Of a stretch of 61,944 nucleotides of DNA, positions 9,746-19,515 are shown piece by piece. Under the pieces are notes generated by a model. It saw only the letters and a list, made by a program, of their open reading frames with translations. It searched no databases and had not been told where the DNA came from. The position numbers and the translations under genes are program-made. The DNA is from a virus (taxonomy: Duplodnaviria; Caudoviricetes). Within the stretch, counting starts at the first letter, position 1. Every line of letters begins with the position of its first letter. The stretch lies in the IMG/VR virus record IMGVR_UViG_3300032268_000572, positions 1 to 61,944 of that record; one strand, 5' to 3'.

Positions 9746-9958
9746 ATGTTACTTACCAAAGAATTCTGGATTGGCGCTCTCGAAAGAGCAGTCAAGACTT
9801 TCGCTCAAACCCTACTTGCGTTGGTAGGAACGGATGCAGTTGGCGTACTTAACGTCGACATTGCACAGTCCGTCCTTGCCTCACTCGCAGCAGCAGGTAT
9901 CTCAGTTCTTACGTCAATCTCGACGCCTAAGACTGTTACTACCTCAACCGAGAAGTAA
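9746..9958 (+). CDS. holin, r1t family
   Basis: FW..ALERAVKTFAQT ... SVLTSI; AGGAG RBS. Confidence 0.85.
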   Translation: MLLTKEFWIGALERAVKTFAQTLLALVGTDAVGVLNVDIAQSVLASLAAAGISVLTSISTPKTVTTSTEK

Positions 9959-10032
9959 GAGCGAACTAAGCAGCGAAGTGCGTTGGCGTTAGGGAGAGAC
10001 GAACGTTTAAATCACCCACACTTCGTGTAAAC

Positions 10033-10073
10033 GAGACGGGTCGACTAGACTCTCCCCAATGTCGGCCCGTCTC
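10033..10073 (+). terminator. stem-loop after holin
   Basis: gagacgggtcgac / gtcggcccgtctc stem with pyrimidine-rich loop. Confidence 0.5.
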
Positions 10074-10111
10074 CCTAACTTCTAAATTATTATAGAAAGA
10101 CAGAAATAAGA

Positions 10112-11014
10112 ATGTCAGACTTAGACCTCTCCTCCGCCTTTGGAGAAAAAGCCTTAATACCCGAAATCCAAATTGACACCCCCACCGACATACGTCCAGA
10201 CCTTTCCGCTTACGGTATTGAAGAAACCGATAAGGGCATCTGCGAAGATACGTTTGAAAATCGGCAAGCCCTTAGACGTGCCCGCCTCAACTGGATTCCT
10301 GTTTACGCGGTTAACGGAGTTCCAACGGGACTCATCCAAGCCCTTTCAAAAGAAATGCAGAGTCAGCAACGTTTACTTTCTCTAGCTGAAAAAGCTATAA
10401 TACTTGAAGACGCCCAAAACAAAAACTCAGATTACCTAACGGGCTTCGACCTCCTTGCTGAGGAAGCAGCGGACGCAATGGTTCCACCGTGGGTGTTGGG
10501 AGCTACCCGCGTTTGGATGAAGGAACAAAACGAAGGTCTGAAACTTGGACGTAAGCCTTCCCCCCTACCCCACCGCTGTAAGGCAATTAAGGACGACGGC
10601 ATCCGATGCCAGCTTTGGACTGGAGGACGTCCACAAGATGATGGCCTGTGTCGCGTTCATTTAGGTTCCCTCCGCAATAAGCCAACGGATAGCGTAGAAC
10701 GCGCTCGCGACCGTTTGACCCAAGCAGCTCCTGCAGCGGTTGACGTTCTAGAACAATTAATGGATTCTGCTGAGAGCGAACCTGTACGTCTGAAAGCATC
10801 AACGGAGATACTTGACCGCGCTGGAGTTAGAGCAGGGTTTGACATTAACTCAGATGTTACTATAGACATCCGACCTGCAGCCTCCGTTATTCAGGAGCGT
10901 CTCCAACGGCTAGCAACTAGTGTGCTAGAGTCAGCAGCAATACAAGAACAAACGGTAGACGCCGAAGTTGTCGAAGATGAAAAAGAAGTAGTTGACAAAA
11001 TTGAATCTGAGTGA
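10112..11014 (+). CDS. putative terminase small subunit-like protein
   Basis: C..C..CxxH (HGGxSTG-like) module followed by helical AVDVLEQLM..ESEPVRLKASTEILDRAG. Confidence 0.55.
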   Translation: MSDLDLSSAFGEKALIPEIQIDTPTDIRPDLSAYGIEETDKGICEDTFENRQALRRARLNWIPVYAVNGVPTGLIQALSKEMQSQQRLLSLAEKAIILEDAQNKNSDYLTGFDLLAEEAADAMVPPWVLGATRVWMKEQNEGLKLGRKPSPLPHRCKAIKDDGIRCQLWTGGRPQDDGLCRVHLGSLRNKPTDSVERARDRLTQAAPAAVDVLEQLMDSAESEPVRLKASTEILDRAGVRAGFDINSDVTIDIRPAASVIQERLQRLATSVLESAAIQEQTVDAEVVEDEKEVVDKIESE

Positions 11015-11189
11015 TATCATAGAACTAGCTAGAGAACATTCAGGACGTCTACACTCTGACATCATGCTGAGCTCTACCCGTATTGAGCATGTACGGGTAA
11101 CGGCCCGCGCCAATGAAGCAGTAAACTTGTTGCAAGCTCTAGAAAACCTAGCGGGAGAAAATGACAAAGGAAGCGAACCTCAGGGATAG
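10992..11189 (+). CDS. hypothetical protein
   Basis: 65-aa ORF overlapping both neighbours. Confidence 0.5.
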   Translation: MTKLNLSDIIELAREHSGRLHSDIMLSSTRIEHVRVTARANEAVNLLQALENLAGENDKGSEPQG

Positions 11190-11931
11190 CTTTATTGCGA
11201 GCGCCGAAAACTATTTAGGTTACACGGCCCGCGCTGACGGAACAAATCATTTCGGGGAGACCGTTGGCTATAACGGCAAGGGGTTACCGTGGGACGGTGC
11301 CTTCATTGACGTCTGCGCTAGAGAAGTCGGCTTGCCCCTACCAGCGTTTGTATATACCCCCCAAGCCTTAAGTAACTACATACGTAACGGACGTTTGTAT
11401 TTAACTCCTAAACGGGGAGATGTAGCATTCTTTGAAACGTCTACGGTAACGGACTTCGGTCCGCCTCACGTAGGTATAGTAACGGACGTCTCGAGGTTTG
11501 TAACGGATGGTGTTTTCTCTACTATAGAAGCTCAGGTAAGTCACGGCCTGCCTAGGGGGAGCTCATTAAATGACGGGGTTTATAAACGTTCACGGAGCAA
11601 GCTGGACACAATAGGGTTTGCGCGTCTTAACTTTAAAATAACGGCACGCCATAGCGGGGGGGAAAATACATCAACGGACGCCCTTCCAACGATTGTGCCT
11701 GCTCAAGTATTGCCCAACATGAAGCATCCCAATGTCCAGCATGTACAGCTAGCACTGTCTGTTGTAACGGATGTACGTCGACTTCCGCGAGGTCACTTCG
11801 ACGGTAAGACTCGTAGCGCTTACGCTAAGTTCCAACGGAGCATCGGATACGTTCCTGCAGACGGGGTACCAGATTTCAACAGCCTTCAACGGCTTGCCAA
11901 GGAAACGGGTTTATTTACTGTTGGTAGTTAG
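11161..11931 (+). CDS. CHAP-like domain (Cys replaced by Asp) plus PG-binding domain
   Basis: A..YLGY, PWDGAF, PKRGDVAFF, HVGIV, TIE; C-terminal VQLAL..GHFDGKT..FQ..DGVP. Confidence 0.75.
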   Translation: MTKEANLRDSFIASAENYLGYTARADGTNHFGETVGYNGKGLPWDGAFIDVCAREVGLPLPAFVYTPQALSNYIRNGRLYLTPKRGDVAFFETSTVTDFGPPHVGIVTDVSRFVTDGVFSTIEAQVSHGLPRGSSLNDGVYKRSRSKLDTIGFARLNFKITARHSGGENTSTDALPTIVPAQVLPNMKHPNVQHVQLALSVVTDVRRLPRGHFDGKTRSAYAKFQRSIGYVPADGVPDFNSLQRLAKETGLFTVGS

Positions 11932-12509
11932 TTGAGGTCCCATCTTTCCATTCCCTTTTTTAGCTTATCTGGATTTTCTTCAAAGAACCAGTGATCAGGT
12001 TCAACAAAGTGAAAGAACATCATTCCCACTTTTTGGACATCAGGGTTTGGATATGCTTCTCTCCAGTGTTCCTGTTCTTCTCCTAGAAATGCCAAACCTT
12101 CATTTGGATAAAGTCTGTATGCCTTGTCTTCTACATAAAGATCCCAAGGTTCAGTTTGGTATAGACACATGTCTAGGGTATATGTGCAAGCATTGCTGTC
12201 AGTATGCTTATGTAAGTTTGCTTTAGGTCCCTCATAGTGAGAGAACAAGGAGTAAGACATCAGCAATGTATCGCTCTTAAAAATATCTCTTGCTAGTGGG
12301 ACTAGTTTTTCTCCATGCTCTTCTACCATCTTGTCAGAATAGATATACCTTCCAAGATCTGGGTCAGCAAAAAAGAAGCTTCCAGACTCTTCGTCATCCC
12401 AGTCAGCCCCCTTTTCTAGATTAAACAAGTGCTCGTATAAAGCATCGTATTCATCCTTTGGAAAAAGGTTTTTAACTATCATTGGAATTCGTTCCATCGT
12501 CAGGCCCAA
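11928..12509 (-). CDS. 2OG-Fe(II) oxygenase superfamily protein
   Basis: LHKHTD (HxD), HWRE, FFHFV. Confidence 0.78.
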   Translation of the reverse strand: MGLTMERIPMIVKNLFPKDEYDALYEHLFNLEKGADWDDEESGSFFFADPDLGRYIYSDKMVEEHGEKLVPLARDIFKSDTLLMSYSLFSHYEGPKANLHKHTDSNACTYTLDMCLYQTEPWDLYVEDKAYRLYPNEGLAFLGEEQEHWREAYPNPDVQKVGMMFFHFVEPDHWFFEENPDKLKKGMERWDLN

Positions 12510-12712
12510 TCACTAATAGATACAATTTGTGTCTTAGTTCCTAGCTTACCGCTACTAAGGGGGGAGTGATAGATTTAGCACTTCTCAATAAGCTTATTTA
12601 GAAGTTGCCCCCAGGGCGGATAGATCTAGCACTTCTCAACAACGTTAAATTTAGATTTATAACGTTTTGGTAACGGCCCGCCCTTACACGGAAAAACACG
12701 AAGAATGTTGAT

Positions 12713-12741
12713 TTGACAATTGACGGCACGCGCTGTAGCAT
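12713..12741 (+). promoter_or_regulatory. SigA-type promoter
   Basis: TTGACA-N17-TAGCAT. Confidence 0.5.
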
Positions 12742-12772
12742 AGAACAAATTACTGGACGGACGGATAACGGC

Positions 12773-13024
12773 ATGGAAGAACTGGACTTAAACTTCGAGA
12801 CGTGGCTAGCCTACGGACACAGTAAAGGGTGGAACGGCCCGCCAGTATGTGAGACACACGACGGCCTGCCATTATCAGAGCTCGAGTCAACGGAGTTCGA
12901 AACGGGTGACCCATGCGTGCACATAGTCCGCTTGTACGATAGCCCAGAGCAGAAACGGGAAGTCGAAGAGAACCACTCGCCAAGTCAGTGGAGAGCTAGC
13001 AACAGGTGGGGTTTAGTAAAATAA
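12773..13024 (+). CDS. hypothetical protein
   Basis: PPVCETHDGLP..DPCVHIVRLY; start moved to MEELD because the longer ORF overlaps the promoter. Confidence 0.7.
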   Translation: MEELDLNFETWLAYGHSKGWNGPPVCETHDGLPLSELESTEFETGDPCVHIVRLYDSPEQKREVEENHSPSQWRASNRWGLVK

Positions 13025-13035
13025 CGCTGTAACGG

Positions 13036-13290
13036 ATGCCTTATGCTATAACCATGAAGCACATAGAAATCCACGTAATGCGCACCACTCACGACTCCGA
13101 GTTAGCTCAGCTAGCTGGTCTGATAGAGCTAGAAGACGATGAACACTGCGACTACTGCAGCGAACTTGTTGCGTTCAACGGTTCAGGGGGGTTCTTCCCT
13201 TGCGCGGTTGTTCTAGACGAAGATACGGTCTTCTTACTCTGCGTAGGTTGCCTAGTTCCAATTCTTGGAGAACCTTACACGGAAAACTAG
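13036..13290 (+). CDS. Zn-finger-like hypothetical protein
   Basis: CDYC ... CVGC. Confidence 0.6.
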   Translation: MPYAITMKHIEIHVMRTTHDSELAQLAGLIELEDDEHCDYCSELVAFNGSGGFFPCAVVLDEDTVFLLCVGCLVPILGEPYTEN

Positions 13291-13939
13291 GAAAAGTCTT
13301 TTGAGGATAAAACTTGAAGATTTAGAGATTGTTTACATAAATCTTCCAGAAGCTGTAAACCGAAACCAGTCAATGGTAAATATGCTTAGCCACTACGGAC
13401 TAAGATTTTCAAGAGTTGAAGCAATTCTTTCTGGCCCCCACCAAAAATACGACGTTATAGCAGACTCACACATAAAAGCTTTGGAGTCTTCTTCAGCTGA
13501 ACAATTGCTTATCTTAGAAGACGATTGTGTTCCTCATAATTATAGAAACGAAATTGAAGTTCCAGATGACGCTGACATTGTTTATCTAGGAATACACGGG
13601 TACGAGCACGTTAGGGAGAGAGTCTCCCCCGAGCTATGGAAAGTCTCTGGAATGCTTGCAGCTCACGCTATTTTGTATCTAACCCAGCGCGGTAAAGATA
13701 TTCTTATAGAAGCTCAAAAACTTACTAAAGATAAAAAATATCCTTTTGACATTAGCCTAGCTAAACTTCAAAATAAGGTAAACACTTACGCCTTGAACAG
13801 CCCAATTTGGTATCAAAAGGATTACCCAGAACTTACTAAGTTTGAATTAGATAACTCAGAGCATATGACTTTTGGCTTGTATGGCGGGGGCTATCGAGAC
13901 TACGACTCCCCCCTAAGGTTTGACACGCCCAGTTCTTGA
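13265..13939 (+). CDS. glycosyltransferase family 25-like
   Basis: YINL...R...M, RVEA, SHIKAL, LILEDD, DIVYLG, AHAILY; start uncertain. Confidence 0.8.
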   Translation: MENLTRKTRKSLLRIKLEDLEIVYINLPEAVNRNQSMVNMLSHYGLRFSRVEAILSGPHQKYDVIADSHIKALESSSAEQLLILEDDCVPHNYRNEIEVPDDADIVYLGIHGYEHVRERVSPELWKVSGMLAAHAILYLTQRGKDILIEAQKLTKDKKYPFDISLAKLQNKVNTYALNSPIWYQKDYPELTKFELDNSEHMTFGLYGGGYRDYDSPLRFDTPSS

Positions 13940-13989
13940 TTTGACTTTGTCACTCCAGTGCGTTATAATAGTAAAAACAAAAGGACGCT

Positions 13990-14118
13990 ATGAACAAAGA
14001 TTGCGATAACTGCGGGAACTCTAGGGAAAAGCAACAGCTATGGCCAGTAGGTAGATATTACTTTTGCACCGTTTGCTACTTAGCCCGCATGCGCGACACG
14101 CCCAAAACCAAGATTTGA
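13990..14118 (+). CDS. 42-aa Zn-ribbon protein (not in ORF track)
   Basis: own promoter, AAGGA RBS, CDNC...CTVC. Confidence 0.6.
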   Translation: MNKDCDNCGNSREKQQLWPVGRYYFCTVCYLARMRDTPKTKI

Positions 14119-14163
14119 CTTTGTCAGTAGGGTGTGGTATAATAGTAATAACGAAAGGGAGTT

Positions 14164-14613
14164 ATGAAAACTAAATCAAACAGCAAACACGCTGAGTATC
14201 AAGAATTATTTGACGCGCTGAAAAGCGTTTCACACGAAGCGCTCGCTGAGTGCCCAGCTCCAACCCCAATCATCGTTGGTTCGCCAAGCACACCACTTGG
14301 CACTGATGTTGACCCAAACCAGAAAACTTGGTTTGTCGAAGGTGGCGTTTCTGGTTTTGCCACTGTTGTTCTTGTGAGTGGTCGCACTGGGTTTGCTAAG
14401 TGGTTAGTGCAAGAGCGCCCAATGGGAGAAAAGCTGGGTTCCAAGTGGTGGTCGATTGGCAGAGCTAAGGGCGTTGGCATTTACACTTTCGAGCGATATG
14501 GTTTTGCTGACGCTGGCCAAAGTTATGAGCGCAATCGCTTTATCGCAAATCGTATGGCGCAATACTTGCGTGGCCAAGGATACGAGTGTTGGGTAGATGC
14601 AAGAATTGACTAA
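14164..14613 (+). CDS. hypothetical protein
   Basis: own promoter and GAAAGGGAG RBS. Confidence 0.75.
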   Translation: MKTKSNSKHAEYQELFDALKSVSHEALAECPAPTPIIVGSPSTPLGTDVDPNQKTWFVEGGVSGFATVVLVSGRTGFAKWLVQERPMGEKLGSKWWSIGRAKGVGIYTFERYGFADAGQSYERNRFIANRMAQYLRGQGYECWVDARID

Positions 14614-14800
14614 CGCTGGGTGGAAGTTCGGTGAACGCTACAACGAGTCTGGGGAATTCAATCCCCGGCTCATTGTTTGCGGAGACTGCGGAGACTATGG
14701 TGAACCAGAAACTATGACTTTTTGGAACTTGGACTCTCAAGAAGGCGCAGAGTATTGGTGTGCGACTTGCGCCAATAGATATAATTTGACTTTCAAATAG
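14597..14800 (+). CDS. small Zn-finger-like protein
   Basis: CGDC...CATC. Confidence 0.55.
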   Translation: MQELTNAGWKFGERYNESGEFNPRLIVCGDCGDYGEPETMTFWNLDSQEGAEYWCATCANRYNLTFK

Positions 14801-14841
14801 AACTATGCTATAATAGATACATACGAAAAGAAAGAGGGAAC

Positions 14842-15357
14842 ATGCACGTATTACAGTACATTGCAGTAAAAGCAGAAGATAGCGACGAAGCAATGCGTAG
14901 AGTAGAAGACACTCTCCAGAACTGGTTGGGTCGCGACGAAAGCCCAACTGGCACTTGGTATGACTGGTTCGTAGTTGGTGGTGGAAGATTTGTTGAGGGA
15001 AACCCTTACGCAAGTTCACCTAACCATATTGTTAGTTATGCGGAAGATGTTGAAAAGTTCAACGAGCTGATTGAAAAAGCAATTTCAAATCGTGTTGAAG
15101 AATTCAATAGCTATCGCAAGAGCTTAGTGGAAAAGGGTGTTGACCTAGAAACAAAGCTCGACAGCTACACTGGGGAAATGCAGTATGACTTTGAACTGTA
15201 TCCCTTGAAGAAGATGATTGATATGTTGCAAGGCGAGTGGGATTGCAATTCTTACTTCTTCGACTTGAACCACGACAGCACCAACACAGAACACCTTAGA
15301 AAAAGCCTTGAGACTGAGAACGATTGGTTCTTAGTTCCAGTGGACTTCCACTTCTAA
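14842..15357 (+). CDS. hypothetical protein (WYDWFVVGGGR ... VDFHF)
   Basis: own promoter and RBS. Confidence 0.75.
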   Translation: MHVLQYIAVKAEDSDEAMRRVEDTLQNWLGRDESPTGTWYDWFVVGGGRFVEGNPYASSPNHIVSYAEDVEKFNELIEKAISNRVEEFNSYRKSLVEKGVDLETKLDSYTGEMQYDFELYPLKKMIDMLQGEWDCNSYFFDLNHDSTNTEHLRKSLETENDWFLVPVDFHF

Positions 15358-15368
15358 GCTCTGGCGTG

Positions 15369-15388
15369 CGGGGGGCGCAAGTCCCCCG
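15369..15388 (+). terminator. GCAA-tetraloop hairpin
   Basis: cgggggg-c GCAA g-tcccccg just after a stop codon. Confidence 0.55.
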
Positions 15389-15463
15389 ACACGCTGGTCA
15401 AAATGGATTTGACAAATTGAAACAGAACTGGTAAAATAGATACATAACAATGAAAGAGGGAAA

Positions 15464-15943
15464 ATGGAAAAGAATAGAACTCCAGTAGGCAAGGCGCTCT
15501 ACATCGAGTTGCAAAAAGCAAACAGCGCATACCAAATTATCTTTGTGCCGGGTTACAAAGACCCAAGAGATGGCGAGCGCAAATTGCCAGTAGCTCTAAA
15601 AAGGCAAGTGTCAGAAATCTCACCACGCAAGCAATGGAAAATTGCAAAGACTTGGGGCCATGGCGCATCAGATTTACGCAAGACCATAGGTTCCTTGTCT
15701 AGGCAAGATGCAGTAGAAACTATGTTTTATAACTCTCTAAACTCTGTTATGAGTCAGCTATTCCACCAAGGTTGGAAAGTAAATAGCAGACCTTTAGCAG
15801 TAGAAGTTAGTGAAGAGGATGCTATGAAAGTTCACGATGGCAAAACTCCACCAGCTTTGATTCGCCGAATTGATAAGGCACGAATCGAACTTGGATATAG
15901 CAAGAACTATTACAACGAAACACCAGCAACAACAGTATTATAA
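15464..15943 (+). CDS. hypothetical protein
   Basis: own promoter and RBS. Confidence 0.75.
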   Translation: MEKNRTPVGKALYIELQKANSAYQIIFVPGYKDPRDGERKLPVALKRQVSEISPRKQWKIAKTWGHGASDLRKTIGSLSRQDAVETMFYNSLNSVMSQLFHQGWKVNSRPLAVEVSEEDAMKVHDGKTPPALIRRIDKARIELGYSKNYYNETPATTVL

Positions 15944-15972
15944 ATAACTCAACTAAATGAAAGAGGGATAAA

Positions 15973-16986
15973 ATGAGTTTAGAAAACATTCAGAAGCAGG
16001 TAAGGCTACATCCAGAATTGCCAAGAGCAATAGAAGCAGTCCTTAGTCAAGGATGGCATCAAGATGGCGCTGTTGGGACAACTGAATCAGAAATAGAAAA
16101 GTTCTATACGCCAGCAGGTAAGCTTGTTATGCGTTCTAGAGATGGAGAGGGTAAGCCTAGAAAAGTGGTAGTTGTAAATACAGAAGCACTTGCAGGCGAG
16201 ACTCACTATGTTCGACCTAATGGCGATAAGTATTACACACGCAAGTGGGGCGAACACGACGATGTTGAAGTTCTCAAAAAAGCTCGTGTAGCTAATCAGT
16301 ATGTTCTACTCTATGGCGCACCGGGAACTGGTAAGACTGCGATGGCAGAAGCTGCATTTGCAGAAGAGCTAAACACAGTCCTTGGTTCTGGCGACACCGA
16401 AGTTTCAGACTTGGTTGGTGGATATGTTCAGACTCCAAGTGGTGGATTCGATTGGATTGATGGGCCGCTGGTTCGTTCAGCAGAAGAGGGTAAGCCTTTA
16501 CTGATTGACGAAATTGGTTTGATTGACCCTAAAGTTCTTTCAATCGTTTATGGCTTGATGGATGGTAGGCGTGAGTATACTGTTACAGCTAACCCAGAGC
16601 GGGGAACTGTAAAAGCAAAACAAGGGTTCTATGTAATCGCAGCCACCAACCCAAACGCACCGGGAGTTCGCTTATCAGAAGCGTTGCTCTCTAGATTCGC
16701 AATTCACGTTGAAGTCTCGACTGACTGGGCGCTCGCTAAGAAGTTGGGCGTTCCAATTACAGCTGTGACTGCCGCGCAGAACTTGTCTAAGAAACAATCT
16801 AGTGGTGAAGTTTCTTGGGCGCCGCAGATGCGTGAGTTGCTAAACTTCAAAGCTTTGCAAGAAGATTTTGGAACCAAGTTTGCAGTTGATAACTTGCTTG
16901 CGAGCGCACCAGAAGAAGATAGACCAGTTGTGTCAGATGTATTCACAAGAGTCTATGGTGAAGAGTTTAGACCAGCTAAGATATAG
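15973..16986 (+). CDS. MoxR/CbbQ/NorQ/CobS-like AAA+ ATPase
   Basis: GAPGTGKT, WIDGPL, LLIDEI, AATNP, ALLSRF. Confidence 0.9.
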   Translation: MSLENIQKQVRLHPELPRAIEAVLSQGWHQDGAVGTTESEIEKFYTPAGKLVMRSRDGEGKPRKVVVVNTEALAGETHYVRPNGDKYYTRKWGEHDDVEVLKKARVANQYVLLYGAPGTGKTAMAEAAFAEELNTVLGSGDTEVSDLVGGYVQTPSGGFDWIDGPLVRSAEEGKPLLIDEIGLIDPKVLSIVYGLMDGRREYTVTANPERGTVKAKQGFYVIAATNPNAPGVRLSEALLSRFAIHVEVSTDWALAKKLGVPITAVTAAQNLSKKQSSGEVSWAPQMRELLNFKALQEDFGTKFAVDNLLASAPEEDRPVVSDVFTRVYGEEFRPAKI

Positions 16987-16992
16987 CAAAGC

Positions 16993-17086
16993 TTGGGACA
17001 GGATATTCCCCCCCTTTCTCCTGTCCCAAAGCGTGGCATAGTGGCCACGCCGGGGGGTGTCTTATACGCCTTGTTTAGACACCCCC
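16993..17086 (+). terminator. tandem hairpins after the AAA gene
   Basis: ttgggacagga/tcctgtcccaa and ggggggtgtct/agacacccccc stems. Confidence 0.65.
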
Positions 17087-17153
17087 CACCTAACAGACTT
17101 GACTTTTGTAATCAACTATGATAGAATAGTAATAAGAATAGAAAGGGCACAAA

Positions 17154-18971
17154 TTGCATTTTGGAAATAAAGAATTGAGAAAAGTAAGTTCGCCAGAATG
17201 GTTGCGAGCTGGTTCACAAATTGCAAACATAGCTAACCTGTGGGCAAATCGTGGAGACCTAATTGTTCTAGCTGGGCCACACGAGTCTGCACCTGCACCT
17301 GCACTATTCAATCCTGCTAGTGCCGAGATTGAAATCAATACTGATGTTGCTTTCGGAACTATGGTCAAGCCAGAAGAAGTTGGCGACCTAAGTATTCGCA
17401 AGAATCAGTATGAGTTTCCAAAAGCTACTGGCGCAATCTTCCACGAAGCACTACACGCCAGATACTCTCGTTGGAATCTAGAAGAAGCTTTCAAAGCTTT
17501 GAAGCCAGTTGAGTATAAGTTCTTAGTGATGCTAGAAGAGTCTCGCATCGAATCTATTGGAGTAAAAACAACTCCACAGAATCAAATCTTTTTACGCTCG
17601 TCAGCTTTAGAGTTGGCGCTCGCAGATATGAACTCTACTCTCGACAAGATAACAACAGCACAAGCCATTGGTTCTTCCTGTTGCTTAGTTCTAGCTCGTG
17701 TTGATGCAGGAGTTTTGGAAGCTGATGATGTTGAAAATGTTAGGGATGTTATTGTTGGTCAGATTGGTGAAGAGCTGTTAGAAGAGCTACGCCAAGTTTG
17801 GATTGAGTTCCAATCACACCTAGACCACAGCAACTCAACAAAGCTACAAGAGCTTGCTAAGAAGTTTGTTGAGCTATTGTCAAAGATTTCTGGTAACGAT
17901 GAGTCAGAAGAAGCTGGAGAGTCTGGCGAAGCTGGCGAAGCAGGGGAAGCTGGAAAATCTGGAGACTCTGGAGACTCTAAAGAGTCTGGAGTTATTGGAA
18001 AGCTTATCGAGTCTATGCAAGAAGCATCAGAGAGTAGCTCGATTGAAGTGAACGAAGAAGTTTCAGAACAGCAGACAGCAGAAGAGTGGAAAGAAATTGT
18101 TTCTACCAAAAGTCAAAAGTCTCAGCAGAAGAAAAAGAATGAAGCTGTTGCTAAAGAAGTATTCAAAGTCTCTGGAGAAGATATTGGTAGCACTGGTTCA
18201 CGCTCACAACTAATTAGCAAGCGAGCGCCCACAGCACAAGAGAGAGCTGCAGCTGTCAAGATTGGTCAGATGTTAGACAAGGCAAAGTATCGTGAGCGTT
18301 CCGAGACTGTTGTGAAAAGCATCACACCTCCGGGCAGACTTAGAACTAATGCTTTAGTTCAAGGCGCGGCTCTTCGAGCTAAGGGAGTTATGCAACAATC
18401 AGAAGCTTGGAAGCGTAAGGTTCGCAAGCACACAGACGACCCAACTCTAACTGTTGGTGTGTTGGTGGACATAAGTGGTTCTATGAGGTCAGCTATGGAA
18501 CCAATGGCTATTTCAGCTTGGGTAATGTCAGAAGCTACCAATAGAGTTCAAGGTAAGTCAGCTATGGTTTATTACGGCTCTGGAGTATTCCCGACCCTAA
18601 AGCCGGGACAGCGCTTGCGTGAAGTAAATATATATTCTGCGCCAGACAATACCGAAAACTTTGAAGATGCGTTTGCGGCGATTGATGGTTCGCTCAATCT
18701 TCTTTACGGAACTGGGGCAAGGCTATTGGTAATTGTTTCTGATGGTCAGTATAAGACTCGTCAGATAGAAGCAACCAAAAAAGCTATTGCCGACTGCAAG
18801 CGTAATGGCGTCGGGGTTCTTTGGTTGAACTTTAGTTCTCACGATTACTACATCAGAGACCTAGTTCAGAACAATGGAGAAATAGTTTCCGTTGATGCCG
18901 ACGACCCAACCAAAGCTACGCTGGCGATTGGTCAGTCAGCCACTAAAGCCTTGATGGCGGTTAGCGTATAA
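17154..18971 (+). CDS. CobT-like vWA protein with N-terminal HExxH metallopeptidase-like domain
   Basis: FHEALHA..LEESRIE; acidic linker; MIDAS VDISGSM, VIVSDG. Confidence 0.85.
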   Translation: MHFGNKELRKVSSPEWLRAGSQIANIANLWANRGDLIVLAGPHESAPAPALFNPASAEIEINTDVAFGTMVKPEEVGDLSIRKNQYEFPKATGAIFHEALHARYSRWNLEEAFKALKPVEYKFLVMLEESRIESIGVKTTPQNQIFLRSSALELALADMNSTLDKITTAQAIGSSCCLVLARVDAGVLEADDVENVRDVIVGQIGEELLEELRQVWIEFQSHLDHSNSTKLQELAKKFVELLSKISGNDESEEAGESGEAGEAGEAGKSGDSGDSKESGVIGKLIESMQEASESSSIEVNEEVSEQQTAEEWKEIVSTKSQKSQQKKKNEAVAKEVFKVSGEDIGSTGSRSQLISKRAPTAQERAAAVKIGQMLDKAKYRERSETVVKSITPPGRLRTNALVQGAALRAKGVMQQSEAWKRKVRKHTDDPTLTVGVLVDISGSMRSAMEPMAISAWVMSEATNRVQGKSAMVYYGSGVFPTLKPGQRLREVNIYSAPDNTENFEDAFAAIDGSLNLLYGTGARLLVIVSDGQYKTRQIEATKKAIADCKRNGVGVLWLNFSSHDYYIRDLVQNNGEIVSVDADDPTKATLAIGQSATKALMAVSV

Positions 18972-18974
18972 AAC

Positions 18975-19016
18975 TTCTGGCGGGGAGTCTTACTTCTATT
19001 CTTCTCCCCGTCAGAA
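18975..19016 (+). terminator. hairpin after the vWA gene
   Basis: ttctggcggggag / ctccccgtcagaa. Confidence 0.6.
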
Positions 19017-19095
19017 CCAAATCTTACGGCGTGCCGATTTGACAAATGTCTGGTGCGTATGGTATAATAGAACATAACGACGAAAGGACACAAAA

Positions 19096-19515
19096 ATGGG
19101 ACAGTATCACAAACTAGTAAACCTAGATAAAAAAGAGCAAGTAGTTTCTTACAATCTCGGCTTGGGTGCTAAGCAGTATGAGCAAACGGGTGTTGAAGGT
19201 TCTATGGGAGATGCTTTGTATCTTTTGCTTATGACATCTCCATCTCGCGGTGGCGGGGACTGGGATGAGTTCGATGACCTATCGGGTAGATGGGTTGGAG
19301 ACCGAGTAGTAGTTCTCGGAGACTATACGGGAGACGATGACTACGCCGAGTATCCCAACTTCGGCAAGCTGTTCCACGAGAGCGAGGAGTGGACTGATAT
19401 ATCGGATGATGTAGCGGTTGCCCTTGGCAAGGTGTGGGACTTCGAGATTGATGTGACGGAGAGCGGTTGGCGAACCCGTAAGCGCAAAAACGAAAACGAG
19501 AAGGAGACGGTGTAA
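19096..19515 (+). CDS. hypothetical protein (MGQYH..GRWVGDRVVVLGDY)
   Basis: own promoter and GAAAGGA RBS. Confidence 0.78.
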   Translation: MGQYHKLVNLDKKEQVVSYNLGLGAKQYEQTGVEGSMGDALYLLLMTSPSRGGGDWDEFDDLSGRWVGDRVVVLGDYTGDDDYAEYPNFGKLFHESEEWTDISDDVAVALGKVWDFEIDVTESGWRTRKRKNENEKETV

